Of a stretch of DNA of 64,000 nucleotides, positions 27,416-37,857 are shown piece by piece. Under the pieces are notes generated by a model that was not told the origin of the DNA, did not search any database, and saw only the letters and a program-made list of their open reading frames with translations. Position 1 is the stretch's first letter. Every line of letters begins with the position of its first letter. Origin of the DNA: an uncultured Solirubrobacteraceae bacterium (GTDB lineage Bacteria > Actinomycetota > Thermoleophilia > Solirubrobacterales > Solirubrobacteraceae); NCBI GenBank assembly GCA_963743505.1, contig CAVUPZ010000001.1:170990-234989 (forward strand), given 5' to 3'. A program made the position numbers and the translations under genes.

Positions 27416-28216
27416 ATGATGCTGTTCTCAGCGACCGACTGGTCGACGATCTCCTCGCTGCTCACGGGCGCCGGCACGCTCGTGCTCGCCGTTGCGACGT
27501 TCGCCGCGGTGCGCTCCTCGAACCGCTCGGCGCGCATCGCCGAGGCGGCCCTCCAGGAGCAACGTCGACCGGTGCTCGCGCCTTCGCGCCTCGACGATCC
27601 GGCGCAGAAGATCATGTTCGTCGATGGGCATTGGGTGCGCGCGGAGGGCGGTCGCGCGGCAGCCGAGCACGTCGACGGAAGCGTGTATCTCGCGATCAGC
27701 CTCAGAAACGTCGGCAGCGGAATCGGCGTCTGCCAGGGCTGGACCGTCACGCCCGGCCTCGGGTCGGCTACGAGCCGGCCGACACATGCTCCGGAAGCGG
27801 ACTTTCACGTCCAGACACGTGATCTGTACGTCCCGTCCGGCGACATCGGCATGTGGCAGGGAGCCCTCCGTAACCCGGAGGACCCAGTCCGCGCCGCCGT
27901 CGTGGCTGCGATCGAGGCGGGCGAGACGATCTCGGTCGAGCTCCTCTACACCGATCAGGTGGGCCTGCAGCGGACGATTACCCGCTTCGGGCTCGTTCCG
28001 ACGGGGGATTCCTGGTTGGCGAGCATGACCAGGCACTGGTATCTGGACTGGGACGGACCGCGCCCGGAGAGGGATGTGCTCGCGGCCGCCGCTGCGGTGG
28101 AACGCGACCGGGAGGCCGCAGAGCGGAGCGCGGCGGCACGAAACGGGGTGGCCGCGAGCGCGCCAGCCGACAGCGCCCGCCGGCACGACGCCTCAGCGGC
28201 GAAGGACAGAAGCTGA
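27416..28216 (+). CDS. Hypothetical membrane-anchored protein
   Basis: N-terminal TM helix, LRNVGSGIG, biased codon usage. Confidence 0.72.
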   Translation: MMLFSATDWSTISSLLTGAGTLVLAVATFAAVRSSNRSARIAEAALQEQRRPVLAPSRLDDPAQKIMFVDGHWVRAEGGRAAAEHVDGSVYLAISLRNVGSGIGVCQGWTVTPGLGSATSRPTHAPEADFHVQTRDLYVPSGDIGMWQGALRNPEDPVRAAVVAAIEAGETISVELLYTDQVGLQRTITRFGLVPTGDSWLASMTRHWYLDWDGPRPERDVLAAAAAVERDREAAERSAAARNGVAASAPADSARRHDASAAKDRS

Positions 28217-28264
28217 GGCGAGAGGCCGCCGCGCCACCGGCGTGGGGCTGGGCGAGTGTGGGGT

Positions 28265-28546
28265 CTACACCGTGTCGGCTGCATCGCAGCCGTACAGATG
28301 TTCGCGCAGCTGATCGCAGGTCTCCGCCGACCAGCGCTCGCTCGTCTCCAGAGACTCGATCACGTCCTCAGCCGCCCGCAGCAACCGCCGGTTCTCCGGC
28401 TCCCCGAAGAGGAGAGCGTCAGCGGCCTCGATCAGCTGCTCGCGCTCTCTCGCGTGCAGCTTCGCGCTCCCCTGGCGGTCGATCGTCTCGAGCAGCGCCG
28501 TGTAGTGGGCTCCTCGCGCAACCATGGGCTCGGCGGCGTTCATCAT
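28265..28546 (-). CDS. Small helical hypothetical protein
   Basis: KLHAREREQLIEAADALLFGE; directly downstream of the NiCoT gene. Confidence 0.62.
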   Translation of the reverse strand: MMNAAEPMVARGAHYTALLETIDRQGSAKLHAREREQLIEAADALLFGEPENRRLLRAAEDVIESLETSERWSAETCDQLREHLYGCDAADTV

Positions 28547-28557
28547 CGCCACCCAGG

Positions 28558-29703
28558 TTAGCCGTCGCGGCGGGGAGACCCGCGGCGGCGGTCCGTGCCG
28601 ACGGTCCACTTCTCCTCGATTCGCGCGAAGCGCCAGACCGCCAGCGCGATCACCCATGTGGCGACGAACATGCCGACGATGACGAATCCGGCGGTGTTGA
28701 TGTTGAAGTTCTGAAGCCATTCGACGACCGATCCGCTGAGGCCGAGCTTCTCCGTCACGATTCCCAGAAGCTCGATCGTGCCGATGAACAGGGCGACCGC
28801 GATCGACAGTCCCGTGACCGTGATGTTGTAGTAGACCTTCCGCACGGGTCTCGAGAACGCCCAGCCGTAGGCGAAGTTCATGAACGAGCCGTCGATCGTG
28901 TCGAGCAGCGACATGCCCGCGGCGAACAGCACGGGTAGGCAGAGGATGGCATACCAGGGCAGCCCCGCCGCCCCGGCGCCCGCGGCGAGCACCAGCAGCG
29001 CGACCTCGGTGGCAGTATCGAAGCCGAGTCCGAACAGCGCGCCGACCGGGTACATCTGCCGCGGTGTCCCGATCGCGTTCAGGCGGCGCCCGAAGATGCG
29101 GTTCATCAGCCCGCGCGAGTTGAGCTGCTCCTCGAGTGTCTGCTCGTCGTAGATCCCGCGGCGCATGTCACGAAAAATCCGCACGACGCTCACGAGGATC
29201 ACGATGTTCAGGGCCGCGATGATGTAGAGAAAGGTCCCCGAGACGGTCGTGCCGATCACGTTGGTGGCCTTGTGCAACGCCGATTGGTCGTTCTGGACCG
29301 GACCGTTCAGGGCTTTCACCCCGACCGCGAGCAGGAACGTGAGCATGAAGACGATCGTCGAGTGGCCGAGCGAGAAGAAGAACCCGACACTCAAGGGACG
29401 CTTGCCCTCGCTCATGAACTTCCGGGTGGTGTTGTCGATCGCGGCGATGTGATCGGCGTCAAACGCATGGCGCAGACCGAGCGTGTAGGCCGTGAGGCCT
29501 GTCCCGATCGCGAAGGTGTCCGCCGTGCCCAGCTTGTAGTGGTGGGGCGCAACGACCAGAACGAGGATGCCGAACCCGATCACGTGCAGACCCACGATCA
29601 CAGCGACCATCCCGCTCGCGCGACGCCACTCGGGCGGCGTCATCGATCGTCTGATCCGTGCCAGTCGCGACGGGTCCGGAATCGACGTGGCTGAGGCCTC
29701 CAT
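28558..29703 (-). CDS. HoxN/HupN/NixA-family (NiCoT) nickel/cobalt permease
   Basis: Signature RHAFDADHIAAID, FSLGHSTIV, LGFDTATE; RBS GAGAGGAG. Confidence 0.95.
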   Translation of the reverse strand: MEASATSIPDPSRLARIRRSMTPPEWRRASGMVAVIVGLHVIGFGILVLVVAPHHYKLGTADTFAIGTGLTAYTLGLRHAFDADHIAAIDNTTRKFMSEGKRPLSVGFFFSLGHSTIVFMLTFLLAVGVKALNGPVQNDQSALHKATNVIGTTVSGTFLYIIAALNIVILVSVVRIFRDMRRGIYDEQTLEEQLNSRGLMNRIFGRRLNAIGTPRQMYPVGALFGLGFDTATEVALLVLAAGAGAAGLPWYAILCLPVLFAAGMSLLDTIDGSFMNFAYGWAFSRPVRKVYYNITVTGLSIAVALFIGTIELLGIVTEKLGLSGSVVEWLQNFNINTAGFVIVGMFVATWVIALAVWRFARIEEKWTVGTDRRRGSPRRDG

Positions 29704-30178
29704 CAGCGTCTCCTCTCTTGGGCGCTACCGAGCAAGCCGCGCCGGCACGCAGCGATGAACCGACGGCCGGCAGTCGACGCCCCGCAACCGCGATCTAATC
29801 GGACTGATCTGCCCTGCACGAGGCCGGCGACATCGTCTGATCCCGCTTCCATCGTGGTAGCGGCCTCATGGGTGGCTACGCGCTGCCCCGCTCCGCGGAT
29901 CACGGCGCGCGGGCATCGCCGCGTCGCCCAGCCGGCGCAACCCTGAAACGGTGGCGCGACCCCGCTTTGCGCGGGATCACCTTCACCGGTGAGCCCGGCT
30001 GGTGGAGGCGGCGGATAGCCCGGGTTCGCGCTCAGCTGCGAGTGGGGAGCGGCGCACCGTTGCGGGCTCAACATTTATCATTGCATGCTCCTCGCGTCGG
30101 ACGGGTGGGGGGCGGCGTATCGCCCCCTGCACGTCGCCGTCCCGCGGGTACACATCTGCAGATCGAAAGGTTGGCTTC

Positions 30179-31405
30179 ATGAATCGAATGGTAAGCGCGA
30201 AACGCAGGCGCACGGACGTCCTGCTGGCCGCGCTCGCGGCAGTTCTCATCCTGGGTACGACCAGCAGCGTCGCCGCGGCGCGCTCGCTTTACGTCTCTCC
30301 CAAGGGAAAGATTTCGGCGGCATGCACGAAGAGCGCACCCTGCAAGTCGATCGCGAAGGCGGTTCTCAAGGCCAAGAAAGGCGACCGTGTGCAAGTCGCG
30401 GGCGGGACGTACCGCGAAGAAGTGACGATCACCAAGCGGGTGAGCCTCATCGCCCACGGCAAAGCGGTGATCGAAGCGAAAGGAAAGAACAACGGCGTCC
30501 TTATCGCCGGAAAGGAAGCCGCGGGCGCGTCAGTCGAAGGCTTTACGGTGCGCAACGCCACGTTCGAGGGGGTCCTGCTCCTGGAAACGACGAACGTGAG
30601 CGTGACCCGGAACACCGTGACGGGCAACGACCGCGGCGGCGCGGCCGCAAAACCAGAAGGTGAGTGCGCACCCCAAGGAGTGATCCCAGGGGACTGCGGA
30701 GAGGGACTTCACCTGATGTCCACCACCCATTCCCGGATCACTGACAACGTTGTGAAGAACAACGCCGGCGGCCTGCTGCTAACGGACGAGAAGGGACCGA
30801 CGGCATTCAACAACATCACGGGCAACACGGTCCTGGGCAACGTGCTCGACTGCGGGATCACGCTCGCTGGCCACAACGCGGAGGCAGTCATTCTCAGCGC
30901 TGCGCCCGGGCCTCCCCAGATGGTCGGCTTGGCCCAGAGCGTGGGCGGCGTCTACTCGAATGTGATCGAGCGCAATACCGTGAACAGCAACGGGACCAAA
31001 GGACAGGGCGGAGGCGTCCTGCTGGCCGCCGGCCCTCCCGGTGCTGGCGTCTACAACAACACCGTAAGTCACAACAAAGCCGAGGGGAACGGACTGGCCG
31101 GCATCACGCTTCACAGTCACGCGCCCGGACAGGACCTGAACGGCAACGACATCAGTCACAACATCATCGGTAAGAACGGTGTCAACGGCTATCCCAACGG
31201 CGCACCAGGTGACAGTGACGCCGGCGTCAGCGGCACCGTGGGGATACTCCTGTGGAGCGCGGTCACGCCTCTCAGCGGCACATCGCTCTCCGGCAACACC
31301 GTGAGCGACGACCACTACGGGATCTGGACCAAGAACGTTCCGGCGATCGCCAAGAGCGCAAACACCTTCAGCGCGTCGGTGACCGTCGCCTTGCTCCAAG
31401 GGTAA
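30179..31405 (+). CDS. Secreted right-handed beta-helix (NosD/pectate-lyase-like) protein
   Basis: Signal peptide, LYVSP...PCKSIAKAV...GD.V.V.GGTYRE, many N-x-V-x-x-N repeats. Confidence 0.85.
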   Translation: MNRMVSAKRRRTDVLLAALAAVLILGTTSSVAAARSLYVSPKGKISAACTKSAPCKSIAKAVLKAKKGDRVQVAGGTYREEVTITKRVSLIAHGKAVIEAKGKNNGVLIAGKEAAGASVEGFTVRNATFEGVLLLETTNVSVTRNTVTGNDRGGAAAKPEGECAPQGVIPGDCGEGLHLMSTTHSRITDNVVKNNAGGLLLTDEKGPTAFNNITGNTVLGNVLDCGITLAGHNAEAVILSAAPGPPQMVGLAQSVGGVYSNVIERNTVNSNGTKGQGGGVLLAAGPPGAGVYNNTVSHNKAEGNGLAGITLHSHAPGQDLNGNDISHNIIGKNGVNGYPNGAPGDSDAGVSGTVGILLWSAVTPLSGTSLSGNTVSDDHYGIWTKNVPAIAKSANTFSASVTVALLQG

Positions 31406-31672
31406 GACCAAGCAGGTGTGCAGCGAGTGCCCGTCCCGTCTCAGGCGAGCCGGGGCGGGCCTCGCTGGATCTACAGCGTGGGAACTGCCGTCGCTGCGGG
31501 GCCACCAGCCCTTCCGCCCGGCGCATGCTCATGAGCCCCACGACCCTGGAGCCGTTAGCTCGCAACGTTCCCGTTCAGCGAGCTATCGCTACGCGAGGCG
31601 GAAGGTGAAAAGGACTCGCGTAGAGAAGTCTTAGGCGGGCGTCAACGACGGCTCGGCCTCCGTGATGGACCT

Positions 31673-32020
31673 TTGCGGCTCTTGGTGAGTCTGATCCGCT
31701 GGCGTGATGAGCGACTTGTAAAGCCCTTGGTGCTGCTTGTACCTCTTGGCTGGGCGAGGATGATTGATGAGCGAGTCGCTGAGTTGCGTCCGAAGGCGGA
31801 CTACCTAGAGGACGGCGAAGAGCGTCAAGCCCTTTCGACGTTTCTGGATCGCGCGGATGCCATGGAGGTTGAGCTTCTGCGCTTCGCTCACATCAAGGCC
31901 GGTGCCGACCGTGGCATGACACGGAAGCGAATGTATGCCAAGTCAGCGTGGGCGACATCAAGCCCTGGTTGACGCAAGCAAACAAGCTCAAAGCGGCAGC
32001 GCGGGACCAGCGCGATGTAA
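31673..32020 (+). pseudogene. Possible gene fragment of unknown family
   Basis: Two short overlapping ORFs with atypical codon usage and no clear start. Confidence 0.3.
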
Positions 32021-32047
32021 TCCATCGCGGCACTAGCCTGGAGCGGG

Positions 32048-32623
32048 TCACCAGATGCCAGGTAGCAGGCGTGCGGTGCGGGCGGCGTATTCGTCATCGC
32101 TTGCTCCGAGGCCTTCGCGGAGGCGAGCTTCCTCGAAGGGGATGCGGATCAGAACGCCGGTGAGTGGTAGCAGCACGATGGCGACGGCGCTGAGCAGACT
32201 GTCGAGTGCGATGCCGGCGCCGAGCAGGCCGACGAGGCCCCCGGTGTAGCTGGGGTGCCGGAGTAGCCGGTAGGGGCCGCGGTCGACGAGCTCGTGGTCT
32301 GACTGGATCGTGACGACGAAGGTGAAGAGCCGGCCGAGCGTGAGAATCGACCAGATCCGCAGGGCGGCGCCGGCGGCCAGCACGATCAGACCGATCGTCG
32401 CGAGCGCGGCGGCGGCGCCGGTCTGGGGGGCGTGGCCGGCGGCACCGAGGGCGATATTGATGCCCGCGGCGATTGACGCGATCATCACGAAGTAGGTCCA
32501 GTCGCTGCCACTTGTGCTTGCCCGATTTGTCAGGCGCAATGCCAGCTCCAGCGCCCCCCAGGTGCCGAGGCCGACGTTGAGGGCGGTGCGGATCGCCGTG
32601 TGCGATGCGGTGAGCGTTGCCAT
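32048..32623 (-). CDS. Isoprenylcysteine carboxyl methyltransferase-family membrane protein
   Basis: LRIWSILTLGRLF, HELVDRGPYRLLRHPSYTG, RIPFEEARL. Confidence 0.9.
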   Translation of the reverse strand: MATLTASHTAIRTALNVGLGTWGALELALRLTNRASTSGSDWTYFVMIASIAAGINIALGAAGHAPQTGAAAALATIGLIVLAAGAALRIWSILTLGRLFTFVVTIQSDHELVDRGPYRLLRHPSYTGGLVGLLGAGIALDSLLSAVAIVLLPLTGVLIRIPFEEARLREGLGASDDEYAARTARLLPGIW

Positions 32624-32636
32624 GTCGGTCGGGTTC

Positions 32637-33089
32637 TCAGTGCGCCGGCACGCTCGTCCGGCGGGCGACTCGCACGTATGCGAACGTCATCGCTGCGAGC
32701 AGCGCTGGGATGCCGAAGCCTAGTGCTGTGCTGATTGCCTCGAACCGACTGGCGGGCAGGGATCGGGCCAGTACGAGCAGCAAAGCTGCCTGTGCGGCCA
32801 TCGCCAGGCCCCAGAGGATGTTCATGGTGGCGAGGGCGCGGGCCGCGCGCGGAGTGGCCAGGCGCGCGGCAAGGCCAGGCTTTCTCGCCGCTCGTCTGCC
32901 GGCGAGTGTGGCGAGCAAGGGTCGGCGCATGACCGCCGAGATCAGGAAGGCACAGGCGAAGCCGGCCGGGATGATCGCTTCGACCCAGGGTCCGATCGCC
33001 CGGGCCCCAAACATCGGAAGCGCGACCCCGGCGAGCAGCAGCATGCGCTCGAAGTGCTTTGGCCTGTTTGGGGGAGTGGAAGTGCTCAT
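32637..33089 (-). CDS. Membrane protein (VC0807-like, possibly truncated)
   Basis: RBS GAAAGGAG; FLISAVMRRPL...MNILWG. Confidence 0.6.
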   Translation of the reverse strand: MSTSTPPNRPKHFERMLLLAGVALPMFGARAIGPWVEAIIPAGFACAFLISAVMRRPLLATLAGRRAARKPGLAARLATPRAARALATMNILWGLAMAAQAALLLVLARSLPASRFEAISTALGFGIPALLAAMTFAYVRVARRTSVPAH

Positions 33090-33217
33090 TACGGTGCTCC
33101 TTTCGTGGTTACTCGACCACTGGAGCATCGCCCCCAGCGCGCGCTGTGTCGTCACCCAGCAGTCGCTTCCGGGTCCTCCTATCGGCTGAAGCGAGCAGGG
33201 GGCGAGCCGCGCCAGGC

Positions 33218-33818
33218 TCAGGCGCCTCGGCCCGCGAGTCCGTGCTCGTGGGCGAGGATCACGAGCTGCACGCGGTCTCTGACCCCGAGCTTCATGAGGA
33301 TCCGACCCACGTGCGTCTTCACTGTGGCATCGCTGAGGTAAAGCTCTTTGCCGATCTGGGGGTTGGAGGGCTCCGCGCACGACGAGTGCCATCACCTCGC
33401 GCTCCCGCGCGGTCAGCTCCTCGAGCCCGGCGGGCGGAACGAGCGGGTCGCCCTGGTCGGCCGCTGTGAAGCGGGTGATGAGACGGCGAGTGACGGTGGG
33501 CGCGAGCAGCGCGTTGCCGGCCGCGACGACGCGGATCGCCTCGACGATCTCCTGTGGGCGTGCGTCCTTTAGCAAGAAGCCGCTGGCGCCTGCTCGCAAA
33601 GCTGCGAGCACGTACTCATCGAGGTCGAAGGTCGTGAGCACGATCACACGCGGACCCTCGCCACCGCCGTGCGCGGCGGTGATCTGGGCGGTGGCCTCGA
33701 TGCCGTCCATGACGGGCATGCGGATGAGGCATCCGTCGTGCCAGCGGGGCATCTCTGGGAATGAGAACCCAACGGCAAGCTCGCGCAGCTCCGGTGGGGG
33801 CTTCGGCGAGATTGTCAT
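33218..33818 (-). pseudogene. Chimera: SMP-30/gluconolactonase N-terminus fused to an N-truncated, frameshifted NarL-type response regulator
   Basis: LAVGFSFPEMPRWHDG joined to IRMPVMDGIEAT...LTTFDLDEY...; the HTH continues in another frame after about 33365. Confidence 0.75.
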
Positions 33819-34088
33819 CGCTGGTCCGCCACGAGACCCCTCGGGCTGCGAGCGACAGCTCGCGGCACGCGCCGGTACGTCCTCTCGGCGCACCCACAGC
33901 GATGCAAGATCGTGAAGTGCGACTGCTCTTTCATCGTGAACCGGAGCGCGTTGACAGACGCCGGCCCCGCCGTTCGTTACGGTATCTTGGGCCTGCCGAC
34001 CTTGGGCGCGCGCCTAACCAAAGACGCTCGGCAGCTCGCGGTGATCGGTGCCCTCGTACTTCGATAAGACCCTGACGTGCGCCGGCGG

Positions 34089-35295
34089 TCATGTCGTCCC
34101 TTTGAGGGCGTCGGTGGGCGAGAGACGCGCGGCGCGTATCGCGGGGTACAGGCCGGCGATCAGTCCGAAGGTGAGGGCGGCTGCGAGCGCGCTGGGGAGA
34201 AGGGCGGGCGGGATCGCGGTGCCCCAGTGGCGGATGTGTGCATAGACGGCGGTAATCAGGAAAACGGCCACGATTCCGGCCGCTCCGCCAGTGCCGAGAG
34301 GAGCAGGGCCTCGGCGGTGAATTGGATCGCGACGTGGCGGCGGGTCGCGCCGAGCGCGCGACGTAGGCCGATCTCGGCACGGCGTTGGATGATCGCCATC
34401 ACCATCACGTTGGCGATCCCAACCGCACCGACGAGGAGCGCGATCGCGCCGAGGCCGAGGAGCAGCGTGTTGTAGGCGCCCTTGGCGGCGATCTGCGCGG
34501 CGAGCGCGTCGGATGGCCGCGAGACGGTCACGTCCTCAGGGTTCTCTGGGTTGGCGGTCCGGGCGAGCACATCGCGGACGGCGAGCGTTTGGTTGGGATC
34601 GGTGCGGACGTAGATCGTCGTCGGGTGCGAGTCGGCGGCGAGGAACCGGTCGGCGGCGGTGATGCCGACCAGCGCGGCCTGGTCGAGCTCGGTTGCGACG
34701 GCGACCGGCCGAAGGATCCCGATCACGGTGAACCATCGTTGATCGATCCAAACGGCGATCGCGGGGCTGACTCGGTCGATGCCGAGTGTTTGTGCCGCGC
34801 CGGCGCCGAGTACGACGACCGGGTAGTTGGCGGTGGCAGTATTCAGCCAGGTGCCGTGGGCGAGTCGGGCGTCGAGCGCGGGCGGGAGGTCGATCCCCGC
34901 GCCGAGGACGCTGATCCCTCCGGTTAGGTAAGAGGGGACCTTGTCGGTGCGGCGCACGGATGCGGTCGTATTGAGGGTCTCGGTTACGTGGCGGACGGGC
35001 GGGATAAGGGCGATCATCGCAGGCGCTCGGCGCGGGAGGTCGTTCTGGCTAGTGCTCGCGAAGGTGCTGCCGGGCTGGACAGTGAGCAGGTCGGTGCCGA
35101 GACGGTCAAACTGGGCGACCAGGTCGGCCTTGGATGATTCAGAGACGCCGACGACGGCCACGAGCGCGGCGATCCCCACCGCGATCCCGAGCACGGCGAG
35201 TGCGGCCGGAGCCGCCCGGTGCGCAGTCCGGTCAGTCCAATTCGCGCGACGTCAGCAGCGTGCAGGCGCGAGCTTGATGGGGGTCTGTCACTCAC
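34089..35295 (-). pseudogene. MacB/FtsX-family ABC permease with two frameshifts
   Basis: LGIAVGIAA...GIANVMVMAIIQRRAEIGLRRALGA...GLYPAIRAARLSPTDAL spread over three frames. Confidence 0.82.
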
Positions 35296-35992
35296 GATGC
35301 GCGCCAGGGGCGATGGCGGTTCGATCAGCGATCAAGGTTCCGTCCCGGAGCTCGATCGTGCGCGGCGCGGCGGCAGCGACATCGCGGTCGTGGGTGATGA
35401 CGGCGATCGTGACGCCATCGGCGTTGAGCTCAACCAGAAGCTGGAGGATCGCACGGCTCGTGTGACTGTCGAGGTTCCCCGTGGGCTCGTCTGCAAGCAC
35501 GAGCGTCGGGTCGCCGACGAGCGCGCGGGCGATCGCAACGCGCTGGCGCTCGCCCCCCGACAGCTCGGACGGGGTGTGAGCTATCCGCGCCGCCAGCCCG
35601 ACGCGGTCAAGAGCCTCCCGCGCGCGCGCCAACCGTTCGCAGCGCGCGACGCCGCAGTAGAGCAGCCCGTCGGCGACATTCTCGAGCGCGCTCGCGCCCG
35701 CGATCAGCACGTAGTCTTGGAAGACGAATCCAAGTTGGTGGGCGCGTAGGGCCGACAGCGTAGGATCGCTCAGGCTGGACGTAGCGGTGCCGGCGATCCG
35801 CACCGTGCCGCTGCTGGGACGCAGGAGCGCTTCCATTACGTGTAGCAACGTCGTCTTGCCGGAGCCGGACGGCCCGATGATCGAGACGAGCTCGCCGTCC
35901 TCGATCGCGAGGCTCACCTCGCGGAGCGCGTCCACCGGCGAGACCGCCCCGTACCGCTTGTGCACGTCCCGAAGCTCGATCGCGGGGCTCAT
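35288..35992 (-). CDS. MacB/LolD-type ABC ATP-binding protein
   Basis: [32 protein letters not shown]. Confidence 0.9.
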   Translation of the reverse strand: MSPAIELRDVHKRYGAVSPVDALREVSLAIEDGELVSIIGPSGSGKTTLLHVMEALLRPSSGTVRIAGTATSSLSDPTLSALRAHQLGFVFQDYVLIAGASALENVADGLLYCGVARCERLARAREALDRVGLAARIAHTPSELSGGERQRVAIARALVGDPTLVLADEPTGNLDSHTSRAILQLLVELNADGVTIAVITHDRDVAAAAPRTIELRDGTLIADRTAIAPGAHRE

Positions 35993-37125
35993 GAGGACGG
36001 CACCTCGACCCGCATCCCGAGCGCAGATCGTGGCGAGCTGACCTCGACCAGATTGCCGTCGAAGATCCCGGGCGTGACCCCGATCAGAGTTCGGGTGCCG
36101 CCGGTCCTCGACCACGACGGCGTACCCGCCGTCCGCGACCGCTACCAGCGCCCCGATCGGGACCGCGAGCACGTGTCGGTGAACTGTGTCGGTGATCCCC
36201 GCCTCCACCGGAACTGGTCGAGCCCGACGAACATCGCCGGGACGGTGCAGCGAGACCGTCACCGGCACGCTCGCCGTCGGTCGGAGCTGCCCGGCGCGGA
36301 GGAGTCGCTCGCACCCTGCCCCGGAGCGTCTGCGCTCGTGCTGGCCTGAGTCGTCTGGGCGCTCGCGGCGGTGGTGTTGGCGCCGATCTGGGACACCTCT
36401 CCGGGTGTCGTTTGTCCCTGGGGGAGCTGGATCTGCACTCGGTCACCACTGTGGACGAGCTGGCGCAGGGATGGGTCGAGCGGGACGTTCACCACCAGAT
36501 CGGTGGAGGCTCAGGTCAAGCACCGGCGTCCCGGGTTGCGCTGGGCTGCGGGCGACGGCTGGGCTGCGCCGTGACGCGGACGGCGACCGGGTAGGAACGC
36601 GATCGACCCGAGTGGCAGGACGCCCGTCTGCGGCATTCCTTGCGCCCGCTGCCACTGTTCGATCGCCAGCGCGGTCGCCCGATCGAAGTGATCGTTGACC
36701 GTGAGCGCCCCGTGGGCGGTGAAGCCGAGCTCGATCAGGTTCTGCTTTAGCTGGCGGACGTCCGCGCCGTCGCTGTCCCCAAGCGTGAGCGTCCGCCACG
36801 CCGACTGCGTGCCGTACAGGAGCCGCACGGGCTGCCCGTCGAGCCAGTAGAGCGCCTGGCCGCGGCCGATCAGCGTGCCGGGCGGCGGCAGCTCGGTCAG
36901 CGTCCCGACCGATTGCTGCACGACCAGCGTGTACGATCCGGCGCGCTCGAGCGTCCCGGAGACCTGTTGGCGAGAGGCAAGCGTCGTGCGGATCACCGCC
37001 GCCGTACCGGTCGCGCTCGCCGGCCCCGCAGCCGCCGATCTGCCACCCGACTCCAGAGCGAGCGCAGTGATCGCCGCCGCGGAGGCGATCACGACACTAA
37101 TCAGGGTTGCTCGCCGAGCGGTCAT
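35989..37125 (-). pseudogene. Peptidoglycan-binding/adaptor subunit of the ABC exporter, frameshifted
   Basis: GADVRQLKQNLIELGF...TALAIEQWQ PG-binding domain and [10 protein letters not shown], split over four frames. Confidence 0.78.
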
Positions 37126-37186
37126 TGTCCGCTCGGCGTCACGATGAGGTGCCACCCGCTGGACGGAAACAGCGAGTTACACGAGG

Positions 37187-37666
37187 TCACGGCTTGTTGC
37201 ATACTGCGTGGTCGTGCCCGCTTCGGCGCTCTTTGACGTGAAACTCCCCGCGCTCGTTCGGGTCAGGCCAGCGCGGGTAACCGTGCGTTCGCATACAGGC
37301 CGCGACCCGCAGCAGCGCTTGGATGTCCGAAGCGCTCTCGATCGCATGTTCCGAGCCGCTAGCCTGGGCCGCACTGATCTGCACAGCGCAGGCCGACCGC
37401 ACAGCAGGCGTCGGGTCTGGTGTACCGCCCGGGATCGTCACCTGCCCGTTGGCGCCGAGCACCGGATCGGGCACACCCGGCATGCCGTGCTGGCGCGCGC
37501 ACACGACTGCGGCGCGCGCCGTCGCCAAGCTGCCCGACGAGCCGCTTTGCTGCGTCTGCGTGCCGCCGCCCAGGCTCGGGAGGGTCTGAGTTTGGCTCGA
37601 TCCGCACGCCGCGATCGCGATCGCGGACAGTAGGCAAATTGGCGTCAGTCGCAGGAAGCGGTTCAT
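37187..37666 (-). CDS. Lipoprotein with repeated C-x-R-x-HG-x-P-x-x-PDP motif
   Basis: Lipobox AIAAC; CARQHGMPGVPDP and CMRTHGYPRWPDP; RBS GAGAGGAG. Confidence 0.8.
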   Translation of the reverse strand: MNRFLRLTPICLLSAIAIAACGSSQTQTLPSLGGGTQTQQSGSSGSLATARAAVVCARQHGMPGVPDPVLGANGQVTIPGGTPDPTPAVRSACAVQISAAQASGSEHAIESASDIQALLRVAACMRTHGYPRWPDPNERGEFHVKERRSGHDHAVCNKP

Positions 37667-37857
37667 GGTGGCTCCTCTCATGTCGGTGCGACGAGGCTAC
37701 GCTCGGACCTGGGCCGTGCCGTCGGCGCCGCGGCCGATTTCGATCCAACTCTCGTCCGACCAGTCAGCCGCCGAGCGGATGCGCATCAGTCGCGGGGTGT
37801 ATGGCTGTCGTTCTCAAGGCCGACGACCGCCCGCGGCGATCGGCGTACATTCAACAC

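Noticed and set aside
30000-30014. CCGCCGCCTCCACCA on the minus strand resembles a tmRNA/tRNA 3' end (possible att scar) near the compositional shift
   Set aside because: No TTCRA T-loop precedes it and no second copy is in the window; 15 GC-rich bases can match by chance
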